64,000 nucleotides of DNA from Lama glama (GCA_028534125.1 CM052816.1:2916001-2980000); one strand, 5' to 3'; positions 11,710-23,740 are shown, counted from the first letter of the stretch. Numbers and translations: made by a program. Notes: generated by a model from the letters alone, not told the origin.

Positions 11710-12190
11710 TTAGGAGATTTCCAGTTGTAAGTGACAGAAACCCAACTGAAACTAGCTTAAGAGAAAAAAGGGAATTTATTGGTTCACCCTAGGCACACTC
11801 AGAAGCAGGAGCTTAAATTTTGGCTCCCTTTGAATTTCCAAACCCCACCTTCCTCCTCAATGTTGACTTTAATTCTCAGGCAGCCTCTCTCCATGGGGCT
11901 AAAGAGATGGTTACTGGCATCCCAGGATACAAGAACCTATAAGATTCTAGATCCAGAGAAGGAAAGATGCCCTCTCTCCCAAGGTCTCTGAAACAAACCT
12001 TAAAGAAGACCTGACCGGTCCAGTTTGGGTCATGTGCTCTTTCTGAACCAATCCTTCAGGCCAAAGGAATGGAGTGCTCCCATTGGTCAGGCTGGATCCT
12101 ATGTCCACCCACCGTGCCTGGGGGATCAGCAGGACTGGTGCCATCTAAACTCTAAAGAATGGTTCTTGTACCAGTGTAAGAGGTGTTGGA
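11710..12190 (-). mobile_element. Old MaLR solo LTR (MLT1J/K-like)
   Basis: 'ttgtaagtgacagaaacccaactgaaactagcttaagagaaaaaagggaatttattggttc'. Confidence 0.65.
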
Positions 12191-12759
12191 TGTTTAAGAG
12201 CCATCCGGTCACCCCATGGCAGCGTCTGAAATTCTGCCCCTCCACAGGTCTGGAAGGCCTTTATGATACAGTGCACATTCCGAGCCAAATGTGGACAAGT
12301 GGAGCTGAGAGGCAAAGGTTTCCAGCTTCTAGCTTGATCTATGTCCTAACAGGCTGAGTCCACCAGAGGTCAGGGCAGAGCGCAAAGCAGGAATGGTCCA
12401 GAAGCTAGCTCTTCAACCCTGCTCATATCAGCTTCTCACGCCCCGGGTCCCTGGGAACACAGAGACTGCAGCCGCCAAGAGCAAAATCCACACAGCAGCG
12501 AGGGACCAGGTTTCCTTCAGAACTGGCTTCCAAACGGACAGGTCTAGACTTCAGAGCAGGGGTAGAAGGGACAGGGAAGTGATTTCTAAAACTGTTCCAT
12601 TCTGCAGCTGCACATGTCCTGCTTAGAAACAGAGTTAACCAGAGCCCCAGAATCATGCAAAGTGAGACACAAAATGTACCAGTGTGGAATCCACCAGAAC
12701 CACTGGGTTCTGGTCTCTGCCTCTACCTGCCTCTCTTAACTCACTTTCCACCACACTTC

Positions 12760-13170
12760 TGCCTGCTGTGAGTCAGCCACACTGATTGCCTCTCTGCAAT
12801 TCGATCAGACCGAGTTTGTTTCCACCTTGGAGCCTTTACACTTGTGATACCCGGAAATCATTTTCCTAGATCTTTGCATATTGGGCTCCTTCCTGTCAAG
12901 GAATTCTCATATAAAATGTTAGCATCCCATCTCAAGTAGTGTCCCGCCCAGTAGCACTAAGCCATTACCATGTTTATTTCCTTCATGTCATTCACCAACC
13001 TCTCAACTTATCTGTCAATTTGTTAACTTGTTTCCCCCGACTCATCCCACAACAAAGCCTAGCAAACTCAGGAACTCTGTTCTGCAGTTTCCTCAGTACC
13101 TAGAATAGTGCCTCCTCAGAACATAAGGGCTCAGAAAACATTTGATGAATGAACAAATGAACAAATGAAC
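12760..13170 (+). mobile_element. L2 3' portion
   Basis: Ends 'cctagaatagtgcct...ggctcagaaaacatttgatgaatgaac'. Confidence 0.7.
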
Positions 13171-13599
13171 TGAGCCCCAGTTTCCCACATATAAAATGAT
13201 TATGACAGTGCTACCATACATTGAATGTGTATTGCATGTTGGGCACATTGGTAAGGTTTGTGAGTACCGCTGTAGATGGCTGACTCTACATTTTTTTCAG
13301 CCCTAACAAGATCTCAAATATTCTCAGGGCCGCAAATATACCAAAAGATGTTTAATTTCTCACTTAGCTATTAATTCCTTTGGCTTAGTTCAGAACCTTG
13401 CAAAATACCTTTCGGCTGCAGAAGCATTAGTTCAAGTGAAATTACACCTGGAAGCCCTATGTGAAAAACAATTGAAAAAAGAGTATATGCATTATCCTAT
13501 TAAAAAAGCCTCCAACAAATTTCAAGAACAGTAATCATAAATACTGTCATCAATGACCACAGGCAACTGAGTTAGAAGTTGGTGAGGGGACATGTCTTT

Positions 13600-14050
13600 T
13601 GTGGAAGTATTCCAGCTAATAAGTGAAGGGATGATAGATTTTGCTACTTGTTATGACTTAATGGACCTCAGCAATGAGCACTGGAAGCCTGCTAACATCA
13701 AAAAGAGAGAGACCATCAGAAATTATGTGCCCCCAATAAAAGAACACACCACCGAACCATGAAGGAGTTGCACCAAAAAGACCACATCTAAATGTGATCG
13801 GCCTTGAGATTTAACTATCAATTTACAGGAAGTACAGAGGCATTCATTAATACACACCACAAGAATACAATCAGCAAAATCTAAACAGTAGGAAATTAAC
13901 CACTTGTATTCCTCAAAAATTAATAACCGGGGCTATGGGGGCAGGTGATGGAGTAGAAACTGTTAGATTGAAAGAGGCTTAAAATTCGTATCAACGAATC
14001 ACAACCATTTTGGATCCTGATTCAAGCAAGTAAGCTAAAAAATAAAAACG
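13600..14050 (+). mobile_element. L1MC/MD-like 3' UTR segment
   Basis: 'gtattccagctaataagtgaaggg', 'ctaacatcaaaaagagagagacc'; similar to 61640-62640. Confidence 0.65.
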
Positions 14051-14517
14051 TTCAAAATGCACTGGGCCACTAGGGGCTTCTTCAGCAAGCTTTCCCTCAA
14101 GTTTAGATGGAGGCACTTTTGTTTCAGGTTTGCCAGAAGGAACATGCATGATCTTGCAAGTGAACACCATTTGGAGATGCTCAAAGCAGGAGAGGCCCCA
14201 CCACATACTACACTTTACATGGAGAATGATGATCGCAATCCACGGAGCCCACTGACCCGACGTGAAAATTCAGTAAGGTGCCTGACACAAAAAGCTGCCA
14301 GTATGAGCTGAACAAGAAACGGTGCTACTGTGCATGCATGGCACCCCAGGGCCAAGAAGTCTTCCTGCGTTGGGAGGCAGAGGTGTGCAAACTCCCAGAG
14401 TCGTCTCTTAACAGGGTTCTTTTAAGCACATAACCCAGCACCTCGGCAGCCCTCAAAAGCATGGACTCTAAAACAACCAAGGAACTTAAGCTTTAAAAGG
14501 CTGCCAGAGTTTTAGAG

Positions 14518-14800
14518 CAGTGAAACTACTCTATATAATACTCTTAATGGTGGATTCATGTCCTTATACACGCATTTGTCCAGAAACATAGAATGCACAA
14601 CACTGAGAGTAAATCCTAACGTAACTATGGACCTTGGGTAATGAGGGCATGTCGGTGGAAGTCATCCGCTGTACACGTGTCCTCTGATGGAGGGTGTTGA
14701 CAGTGGGAGAGGCTTTGCATGTGCAGAGGCAGGGAGAACATTAAATCTCTGTATCTTACTCTCAATTTTACTGTGAACATAAAACTGCTGTTTAAAAAAC
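14518..14800 (+). mobile_element. L1MC1/MB-like 3' end
   Basis: 'cagtgaaactactctatataatac...gaacataaaactgctgtttaaaaaa'. Confidence 0.75.
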
Positions 14801-15054
14801 TCTTGTTTTAAAAGGCTTGAGGACAGACCAGCTGGTCCCATCTGCCGGCCACCAACTAGCCCCACCCCAAAGGCAGTGCCTGGACTGGTCTGTTTCCCCT
14901 GGGGCACTTATCCTCTCCCCTGCCCTTTTGTGTCTTTTCTCCCTTGTTTGTGGGAGAGGGCAGATGGTTCTGTAAAATAGACAAAAACCAAACTGTTCCT
15001 CCTTCCTCCCTCTTCCTGTTCCTCCTCCTCCCACTTTTGTGTTTTGGGTCTAAC

Positions 15055-15500
15055 AGCAAGAATTTGGTTACATACAGAGGGAATTGAGCAAATAATTAAA
15101 TACCTCAAATATAATGAAAATCAGGTTTCTCACTGGAAAAAAAAACAGAATTACAAATATGGAAAAAGTGAAGGCAAGAATAAACTCTGTGGTGTTGGAT
15201 TGAAATTGGAGGTATTGGTGTGAATTCATGGTTTAAATGTATAGAGAGATGTGTGTGTGTGTATGTGTCCATTCTGTCCACTAAGAGAAACCAGGGTTAT
15301 CACATGCAAGTAACAGAACCTCAAGTGCCCACATCTTGGTTTCTATATATCATCCTCCATGCAAAGAAACCAAGGCTCCTTGGAGGAATGGCTAACTCCA
15401 AGGTAGAAGAAATATAAGATAAACGTACAATATCTTTTTGCTCCAGAAAGTAAGGAAGGTCTCAAAAAATAATGAAGACATACCAAAAAGACACAGAAAT
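15055..15500 (+). mobile_element. L1MC/MD-like 3' UTR segment
   Basis: 'ctgtggtgttggattgaaattggagg', 'aaccaaggctccttggaggaatggct'. Confidence 0.7.
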
Positions 15501-15774
15501 ATCTGTAAATAGTCTAGAGCAATCATTCTAAATGGGAAAATGCTAGCGTCACTCTGTTCAAAATTATAAATGGGACAGGATCCCACTAATAACCTCTTCT
15601 ATTGACATTGTGAAGGTCGGAGCCAGTACCGTAGGAGAAGAGAATTTGGAGTTCCAAGAATTGGAAGAAAAAATAAATCTATAGTTAATTGCATACTATA
15701 TAATTATTTTTAACTCAAAATAATAGATAAATTATTAGAAATAATGGAGTATAGCAAGTAGTTTGGTAATACGG

Positions 15775-16268
15775 TTTTTTATGGTGAAAAAAATTCATAT
15801 TTAGAATTAGCTAGCTGGACTCAGTTTAGATGACCCCAACTTGTTGGTAGCATTCAAAGAACCATAGTCAGGAGCAAGCAGAACATACATCCTCTTTCTC
15901 CATCAGGCCTGATGGGGGTGTTGACCTTGACCACATCAGTGTCACAGAGCTGCTTCACACCCGGTCTGATCTGGCGCTCAAACACAAGCGGGTTGCTGAT
16001 TTCTGTCTTCTTCGTGGTTGAGGGGAACTTGATGATGGCACAGTGGTCAAGCCGCTTCTCCTGGGGGCACTCTTCCCAGGGTATTTGGGCTGACTTCTGA
16101 GCTGCAGTGTCTTGAACTGCTGGAAGGTCGGTGACATGCAGATCTTTTTTGTTGTGCTGTGGATACCTGGAAAGCACTGCCTATTGGCCTTCGAAACCTT
16201 CACTTTGGCTTTGGCTTTGGAAAAAGAAGGGGCTTGCCTTGCTTTCGGTGCCATCTTTGTGAAACGGG
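15775..16268 (-). pseudogene. RPL23A: Processed pseudogene of 60S ribosomal protein L23a
   Basis: Peptides across frames (MAPKA...KAKAK..., SPTF..KTLQLRSQPKYPGKSAPRR, LDHCAIIKFP, VNTPIRPDGE) match RPL23A; ATG at 16254, TAA at 15828-15826; intronless, with 5' UTR, 3' UTR and short A tail; frameshifts and deletions present. Confidence 0.96.
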
Positions 16269-16966
16269 TTAATATTATTTAAGTTGCACTTCTATATATC
16301 CTCAATAAATAATGTTTAAAATGTAATTTTTAACATCTATTTACAGCAGTTCAGAGAAAACCAAGATAGCAAAACTAAAGGTGTGTCAGAACTGTAGAAG
16401 AAATTATAAAACTTTGTTAAGCTATTAAGAAAACCTAAGTAAAAGCAGAAATATCATGTCCACAGACAGAAAGGCAATATTGTAGAGATATCTATTCTCA
16501 TTTTCTTCAAATTTATCTACAGAGTCAATGCAGAATCTCAACAGGACTTTACATGAAAGTTGATTCTAAAATGTAGATGAAAGAGAAAAGGAGCCAGAAT
16601 GGCTGGGATCATCCAAACTAGAGCAAGGCAGGGGACCTGCCCTACAGACCAGCAGTCGTTTTATGAAGCTATAGGAATTCAGACAGTAATTTGGTGCAAG
16701 CTCAGATAAATTAACAAGTAGAGTGGGATGGGATGGGATGGGACAGAACAGAGTAGAACGCTCAGAAACAAACCCACACACTTATGTAATACTGATAGAT
16801 GACAGAAATGACACATCAGTAGGGAAAGGAGTAACTGTCAATAGAGCTGTAAAAACAAACTGCAATCCTTACAGAAAAGGAAGAATCTGGAACCCTGCCT
16901 CACCCTATATCTAAGTCAACTCTAATGTATCAAGGACATAAATGTGAAAACAAAACTTTTATTTCT

Positions 16967-17211
16967 ATTTTTTATCGAAGTATACTTGATATAAAATATT
17001 GTATTAGTTTTAGGTGCACAGCATAGTGATTCAGGTTTTTTTGCAGATTATATTCTGTTATAGGTTATTATAAGATAATATAATTCCCTGTGCTATAAAA
17101 TAAGTCCTTATTGCTTATCTATTTTATGTATAGTAGTTTGTATCTATTAATCCCAAATATGATCTGTTAATTCCAGGGGTGAGGGGAGGGACAAATTAGG
17201 AGTATGGAACT
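16967..17211 (-). mobile_element. Cetartiodactyl-type L1 3' end with short 5' inversion
   Basis: Reverse complement resembles the L1 end at 22770-23120; 17173-17215 is in the opposite orientation; flanked by direct repeats aacaaaacttttattt. Confidence 0.85.
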
Positions 17212-17229
17212 AACAAAACTTTTATTTTT

Positions 17230-17394
17230 GTTTTATTTTTTAATCCTATTTATCAATTTTTATTCTTTATTTTCGGGGGAAGTAATTAGGTTCTTATTTA
17301 TTTACTTATTATTTTAATGGAGGTACTGGGGATTGAACACAGGACCTCAGGCATGCTAAGCAAGCACTCTACCAACTGAGCTACAACCTCCCCC
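17230..17394 (-). mobile_element. Vic-1-like SINE
   Basis: 'ggaggtactggggattgaacacaggacctcaggcatgctaagcaagcactctaccaactgagctacaacctcccc'; TSD caaaacttt(t/c)attttt. Confidence 0.92.
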
Positions 17395-17677
17395 CAAAAC
17401 TTTCATTTTTAAATAGAGAACATTAATTAGATTTTTTTTAACTTGATGTAGGGAATGATTTCTAATCAGGACCAAAAAAGCATTAACTATGAAAAAAAGA
17501 TGTATCTATTTGACTATTTAAAATTAAGAAAATTACTAGCTATCAAAAGACATCTTATAAATATGTGAAATAAGTTACAAACTTGGAGCAAATATTCTCA
17601 ATACATGCAACTAACAAAGAATTAGCATCAAGAAAGGCTCCCACACAGCAATTTTAAAAAGCACAAACAATTAATTG

Positions 17678-18116
17678 CAGGGGTTGGCACACTTTTTCTT
17701 TAAGAATCAGATAATCAATACTTAGCCTTTGAGGACAACCCAGCCTCTGTCACAACTGCTCAGTCATTATTGCTCAAAAGCAGCCGTAGAAAACACATAA
17801 CAATTTTGTGTGCGTGCAGTGAGAACATTTAGGATTCACTCTCTCAGCAACTCTCAGGTTGATAATGCAGTTTTGTTAACTAATAGTCACCATTCTGTAC
17901 ATTAGATGAGATGACAGAGGTGATGTTAAGTAATCCTATTGTAATTTTGCAAAATATGCAAGTATCAAATAATCACATTGTACCCCTTAAATTTACATAA
18001 TGTCATATATCAATTGTCTCTCAATAAAGCGGAAAAAAAATATATTGCAAATTAACAGTGTTCCAAAAAAGCTTTACTTACAAAATGGAGGGCCAGCCTT
18101 AGTTTGCCAATCCTTC
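17678..18116. mobile_element. MER58A-like hAT MITE, interrupted by an L1
   Basis: Termini 'caggggttggcacact' and 'agtttgccaatcct'. Confidence 0.75.
17795..18040 (+). mobile_element. L1MA-like 3' end with 5' inversion
   Basis: 17795-17907 antisense and 17908-18040 sense; AATAAA at 18023-18028, then an A tail. Confidence 0.8.
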
Positions 18117-18331
18117 TAATAGACTAAGAATTTGGGTTGAAATTTTTTAAAATAGAGTTTATATCATCTTTCCTACATAATGAAATACTCCAAAACTTGG
18201 AGGCTGAAAGCAGTAAATATGTATTGCTTCTCATGATTCTGTGGATCTACTGGGCAGTTGTTCTGGTCTAGGGCAGCTTGGCAAATCTCTCTTGTCAACT
18301 TGCAGCTTGGCTGGGACCCAGGGTTTTAGGC

Positions 18332-19570
18332 TGCACTACAGACTGAATGTTTGTGTCCCCCCAAAATTCATATGTTGAAACATAATCCCCAGTGTGATAG
18401 TATTTGGAGGTGAGGCCTCTGAGAAGTAACTAGGCCATGAGAGCAGACCCTCATGAATAGGATTAATGCCCTTTAAAAATAATCCTTTTTAGGGAAAAAG
18501 CTCTCCTGAGTATCTCCTCTTCTCTCACACCTACACTTCATCTGACTTCACTTCTAACACCAGATGTGTGGGGATTTTTCCCACACCAAGCCATTCTGCC
18601 ACACCAGCTGGGTGCCCTACAATTTAACTCAATTCTGATAACATCTACCTGGAGTTACCATCAGATCCTACAGGTTGAGGGCTCAGTCCCACGAGACTGC
18701 ACCCCCCCCAACCTGCCCCAACTTCAGATGCTAATCTCAAATCCAGGCTTACCTGTACTTCTAACAAACTGGCTATAAATCAGAGGTTCCCATGACCCCC
18801 TCTTCAAGTTTAATTAATTTGCTACAGTGGCTCACAGAACTCAGGAGAAGCTTACTTACTAGATTACTGGTTTATTACAAAGAATATTAAGGATGGGAAA
18901 GAACAGCCAGATAAAAAGACATATGGTGAAGTCCAGAAGTCCCAAGCACAGGAGTCTCCATCCCCATAGAGTGTGGGGTGCGCCATGCTCTGGGCATGTG
19001 GGTGCATTCTTGTTCGGCAACCTGGAGAATCTCCTTTTAGGTTTTTATGGAGGCTTCATTACACGGACATGATTGATCAAATCACTGATGATTGGTGATC
19101 AAACTCACCAGCCTCTCTCCCTTCCCCAGAGGTAGAGGAGTAGGGAGAGGCTGAAAGTTCCAATCCTCTGATGCTTAACTGGTTCCCTTGGCAACCAGTC
19201 CCCATCCTTTAAAGGCTGTCCAAAAGTGACCTCATTAACATAAACTCATGTGTGATTGGAAGGCACGGTCACATTACTTAGGAAATTCCAAGGATCTTAG
19301 GAGCTCGGTGCCAGAAAAAGGATGAAGATCAAACATGTATTTATTACATATCATAACATCACAAGATCACGAGAGAGCTTCCTTGTCCCTTTCTCCATAT
19401 GAGGACACAGCCAGAAGATGACCATCTATGAACCAGGCTCTCACCAATCAGTCTACCAGCACCTTGATCTTAGACTTCTCAGCCTTCAGGACTGTAAGAA
19501 TGAATGTCTGCTGTTTATAAGCCACTCAGTCTCTGGTATCTCATTATAGCAGCCCAAACACACTAAGTCA
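18332..19570 (+). mobile_element. MLT1A0-like solo LTR split by a MER21-like LTR
   Basis: 'gactgaatgtttgtgtccccccaaaattcatatgttgaaa...' resumes at 19364 and ends 'atagcagcccaaacacactaagtca'. Confidence 0.85.
18488..19363 (-). mobile_element. MER21-like ERV LTR
   Basis: 'cacaccagctgggtgccctacaatttaactcaattctga', 'ggctataaatcagaggttcccatgacccc', ending 'ataacatcaca'. Confidence 0.8.
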
Positions 19571-20979
19571 GGGTGATTGACTCATATGCCTGATAGTGGG
19601 TAGGACAGTGGGTGTAGGGGTCTCCTCTGGACCCCTTGTCTTTTCTCCCATGTTTTTTCATCTTCTAGAAGGGTTGATCTGGGCTTTGTCAGTGGTGGCA
19701 AAAGAGGCCCTTGCAGCAAAAAAAGGCGAGCCCAAAATAAGCAGTTTTTAGGCCTCTGCATGCATCCCATTTCTTAACGTTCCTTTGACCACAACAGGTC
19801 ATACAGACAAGACCAGGCTCAGGAGGCAGAGAAATCAGCTCCATCTCTTGATGAAAGAATAGGCAAAGTCACGTAGCCAAGGGGAATGCAATCTGGAATG
19901 GGAGGGATTTGCAGCCATTTTACAACCTGCCTCCTTATGAATATTAAACAACTTCATGTGGATGCATATTCTGGACAGTTATACAAACATCTCATGTTAG
20001 ACCTCTGTGGTTTTTGATTCCTAAAGGAAAGCTTTTCCACCAATAATAGTTTATAAAGACAACGCATGATTTTGCTTTTCACAGAGCTCTCTTGTGCCAA
20101 TCTCTTGTCCAAATGGGTCAACTGAGACATTCCTATAAACATAATATGTATATCAATGATTACCAAGAGAACAAGCATTCTGTCTCCTGAACCCTGTCTA
20201 GAGAGACTTACCAGATTTGGGGCGGCTGTGGATAACTTGACAATGTTCAGATAAACCACACAATTCTTATAGTTAGAAAATGAAAAATAAATAAGTACTT
20301 TGTATAGTATAAACTAGAGAATGCATCACATTTATAAAATGGATGCATAGTTTTTAAAACTTGAGAAATACCAACCTGATACTGGAGAGATTCCAGTTTC
20401 CAGGTATACCCTGAGCTCTGTAGAGGCCATTTCTCTTCTAAAGAGGCCCTGTGGTCACAGGGTCCAGTCCGAGAGAGAGCTTCCCTGGAGCAGCCACAGG
20501 AGTATTCCTCTCCTGGCTGAGTCCACCCCCTGGCTGGTTGGCACTTGGCAACCTGACAAGCGTTTTACATTCAAAAGGTCAAGCTCTGAGTGAATCTGGC
20601 CAGAGCCTCTGGTGAAGGGGGCCTTGCCACTCACGCCTGGATGCCCAAGCCTGGCGTCTGTCCTGTGTCCCTGCCACTCTGACAGCCGTGGAAGAAGGGA
20701 CCCCGGCTCCCAGCTTGGGCTGTCAGCGCAGTGACGGCAGCCCTTTTGCTGAAGGTCAAACTCTAATTCTCGCTCCAGGGAGCCTGCCTTCTCTCTTTCT
20801 CTCTTTCAGCTTATGCATCTTAATAATTGTTGGTATTTTTCTGCAACTCTATAGTCTTCAAAACATGTTCCCTTTTGCACTCTCATTCGATCCTCTCCAA
20901 CAGGAGCAGGGTGTCAGAGCAATCGCGAGTTTCCCTTTTGTAAGAACCCACAGAGAGACTCGGGAATTGAGTGCCGAGA

Positions 20980-21190
20980 GAATGGATAGCTTAGCAGTTA
21001 AGAACAAAGGCTCCGGAGTTCGCTTCCTCCCGCTTATCAACCACGTAACCTTGGGCAAACCACATAATCTCTCTCTGTTTCCCTATATGTAAAATAGAGG
21101 TATTAATTTTTTCCTATTTCATGAGGTTTTTGCAAGACCAGAGTATAATATGGTAAGTAACCTGTTTGGCACATAGCGCAATAAACCATC
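20980..21190 (+). mobile_element. MIR SINE
   Basis: 'gtaaccttgggcaaaccacataatctctctctgtttccctatatgtaaaatagagg'. Confidence 0.65.
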
Positions 21191-22769
21191 AGGTTGTTTT
21201 TATTGCTTCTGTTGTCACATCGCTAGTTAGTGGCAGAGTGAGGACTAGAACCATGTCCATGGGCTTGAAAGCCACGCTATCCACCTCCACCTTTCAGTAA
21301 AGAGAGTGGACGTTCTGGCTGTTCTGTTCTCCCAAACGGAGAGCAAGCCATCCCATGAAGGAATAGTCTAGAGGTCTCCATTAGACCCACCTCCTTAAAA
21401 GAAAACCTTTTCTTACAGCTTGTTACAAGTTCAGAAAACAGCCTGAGGCCCCTGAACGCTTGAAGTTATTTCCAAAACCAAAAACAAAAAAAGAGGTATT
21501 ATGAAAAACTAGGTTAATTCTCAGAACACGGTTTGCTCTTTTCCTCCACAATCTATTATTCTAATTCAGGCAAGTCAGTATTTCCAGGAAAATCAGCTCT
21601 ACCTACAATCAACGTTCCTCCTTTTAGCCAGGAGTTTCAAATCCTCCCCCAGCCAATCTTTCATCAAATTTGCTCAGAAACAACTGAATTTTAATTGTTT
21701 CAGCTCTTTTTCCTCCGTCATCCCTGATTAATTATCAATGAATACGTTAGTGAGCAGGGAAAGTTTATAAAACCAGCAACAGGAAGAAAAAGATGAAATA
21801 TTAGGAGTTCACGTGACCTAGTAATCAGGCTATCAAACCCTGAATAATTCGCAACTGACTTTGCTCACCATAAAGAAGATTAGAAATGTGTAGCTGTAGG
21901 TTGTAAAAAACAAACAAAGGAACACTTAGAAGTAAGAAAAGGATTAAATTTCAAACATAATGGTCACGGTATAGAAAAAAACCAAATGGGAGAGAAAATG
22001 AAAAGAACAGAGTCAGAATTCCCAGGAAATACATTTAACTGTGGCTTTGAAAGACAAAGGGAACAGAAAGAGAGAGAAAAATAACATAGAAATCTACCTT
22101 CGTTGCACTGTCTGACCAAAGAAAAGTATAATGAATCTCCCACTACCATTAAATTAAACCCAAATTGCTTTTCTTTCTAATTAACGTCTGCCTGAGCCAA
22201 ACATGATGTGTGAAAGTCTTCTTTTTTTAATGTCTCTGCCATGCCACAGAAATATTACAACCAGAATGAAAGATTATGGATGTTTTCCAATAGCGTCCTC
22301 TAAAATATGGGCCAAACCTTATAGAAGGTATATGTGAGAGTCATTTGAATTCCAAATGCATTTATAAGGACTAGCTCTATTACAGTGCATAGCAAATGAA
22401 TCCATAATGAGGAGATATTCCAGACCAACTGTTTCCAAATTATGCTTTAGATTATCTTCATTTCTCTTTAGAAACTATGCCTTGCTATTTTTAGCATGGC
22501 ATAAGAAAACTTTGACTTTTCTGGCATCAGATGACATCTCCAGTTTCTATGGTTGCTCGCCCTTATTCCTTTACACACCAGCCTGGTCACTCCAGACTTA
22601 GACCCTTGTCATTCCTAGTAAACTCCTACCACCCTTCAAAGCCCAGCTCAGATTTCACCTGCTCTGGGAAATCTTTGCCAGTATTCCCAAGTAGAGTGAG
22701 AAACCTCACAGCAGTGCTCCCATGGAATTTTGTCCTACAGGTGGCCTTCAGAACAAATCTCCTCCTTCA

Positions 22770-23120
22770 GACACAAATGAACTTATTTACAAAATAGAAA
22801 CAGACCCACAGACATAGAAAACAAACTTGCGGTTCCCAGAGGGGTAAAGGGGTGGGAAGAGATAAATTGGGAGTTCGAGATTTGCAGATACTAACGACTA
22901 TATATAAAATAGATAAACAACAAGGTCCTACTGCAGAGCACGGGGAACTATATTCAAAATCTTGTAGTAACCTATAATGAAAAAGAATATGAAAACAAAT
23001 GTATTTATATAAATGTATAACTGAAACTTTATGCTGTACATCAGAAATTGACACAATATTTTAAAGTGGCTACACTTTAATTTTTTTAAAAAAGTAAAAA
23101 AAAGAAAAAAAAGAAGAAGA
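22770..23120 (+). mobile_element. Relatively young 5'-truncated cetartiodactyl L1 3' end with A-rich tail
   Basis: 'gacacaaatgaacttatttacaaaatagaaacagacccacagacatagaaaacaaac...'; degenerate TSD aatctcctccttca / aatcttctctctca. Confidence 0.9.
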
Positions 23121-23189
23121 AAAAGAATCTTCTCTCTCAACGTCTGCACTCACCAGGTATGGGTATAGCCACAGTGCCTGTAGAGATGG

Positions 23190-23740
23190 ACTGTATTACA
23201 ATCAAGTAACAGAAATCGATAGGAGCTAGCTTAAATTTGAATGGATTGAGAGGGGAGGTGCATATTAGACGCATACATGGGAAGCTCAGTCAAGCCAAGA
23301 CCCAGGAAGAGGCTGATAAGAGAAAACGAAAGCCATCTGGAATCCAAAGGTCACTCTCTCCCACATTCCATCACCCATTTACCCCTACATCTCCTTTGCT
23401 TTTTAGTCACTAAGACTTTTCTGTTATCGGCCTACATAATAAAAGGGCAAGGTGGTGGTGGAGGGTCTCAGTTCCATCATAGTTTTTGTATCTACAGGGC
23501 AGTTCAGCCATGCAAAAAGAATCCCTTGTTATCTCCCCTTTGGTCCCAATTCCAAATTCCAGGGAAGGAACTGGATTGCCAAACCTGAATCAAGTGTCCA
23601 CAATGATCCAACTTGCTACGTTTAGAATGGTCAGGGCTATGCGGTTCAAACGCAGTTAGTGGGGACACTGGAGAGGAAGCAAAAGAGAAGGGAGAATCAT
23701 TGTCAGCTAAGCTGACAGCCCAAAAGGTGATTCCTGCACA
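23190..23740 (-). mobile_element. Very old MaLR LTR (MLT1M/N-like)
   Basis: 'caagtaacagaaa...agctagcttaa', 'aaattccagggaaggaactggattgcc'. Confidence 0.45.

Larger units (their letters stand above)
15505..17670 (+). mobile_element. Very old L1 (L1ME-like) ORF2 remnant hosting several younger insertions
   Basis: Degenerate ORF2-like segments such as 'ttcaaatttatctacagagtcaatgca' and 'aacagagtagaacgctcagaaacaaacccacacacttatg'. Confidence 0.7.
18160..19930 (-). mobile_element. Old MaLR LTR (MLT1G/H-like), outer host of a nest
   Basis: Left piece 18160-18330 and right piece 19571-19930 resemble two parts of one MLT1 LTR. Confidence 0.55.

Noticed and set aside
15955..16254. Functional RPL23A gene
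   Set aside because: Frameshifts, internal deletions and no introns.
16725..16742. (GGGAT)4 as a functional G4 or telomere-like repeat
   Set aside because: Short microsatellite expansion within an L1 remnant; not TTAGGG.
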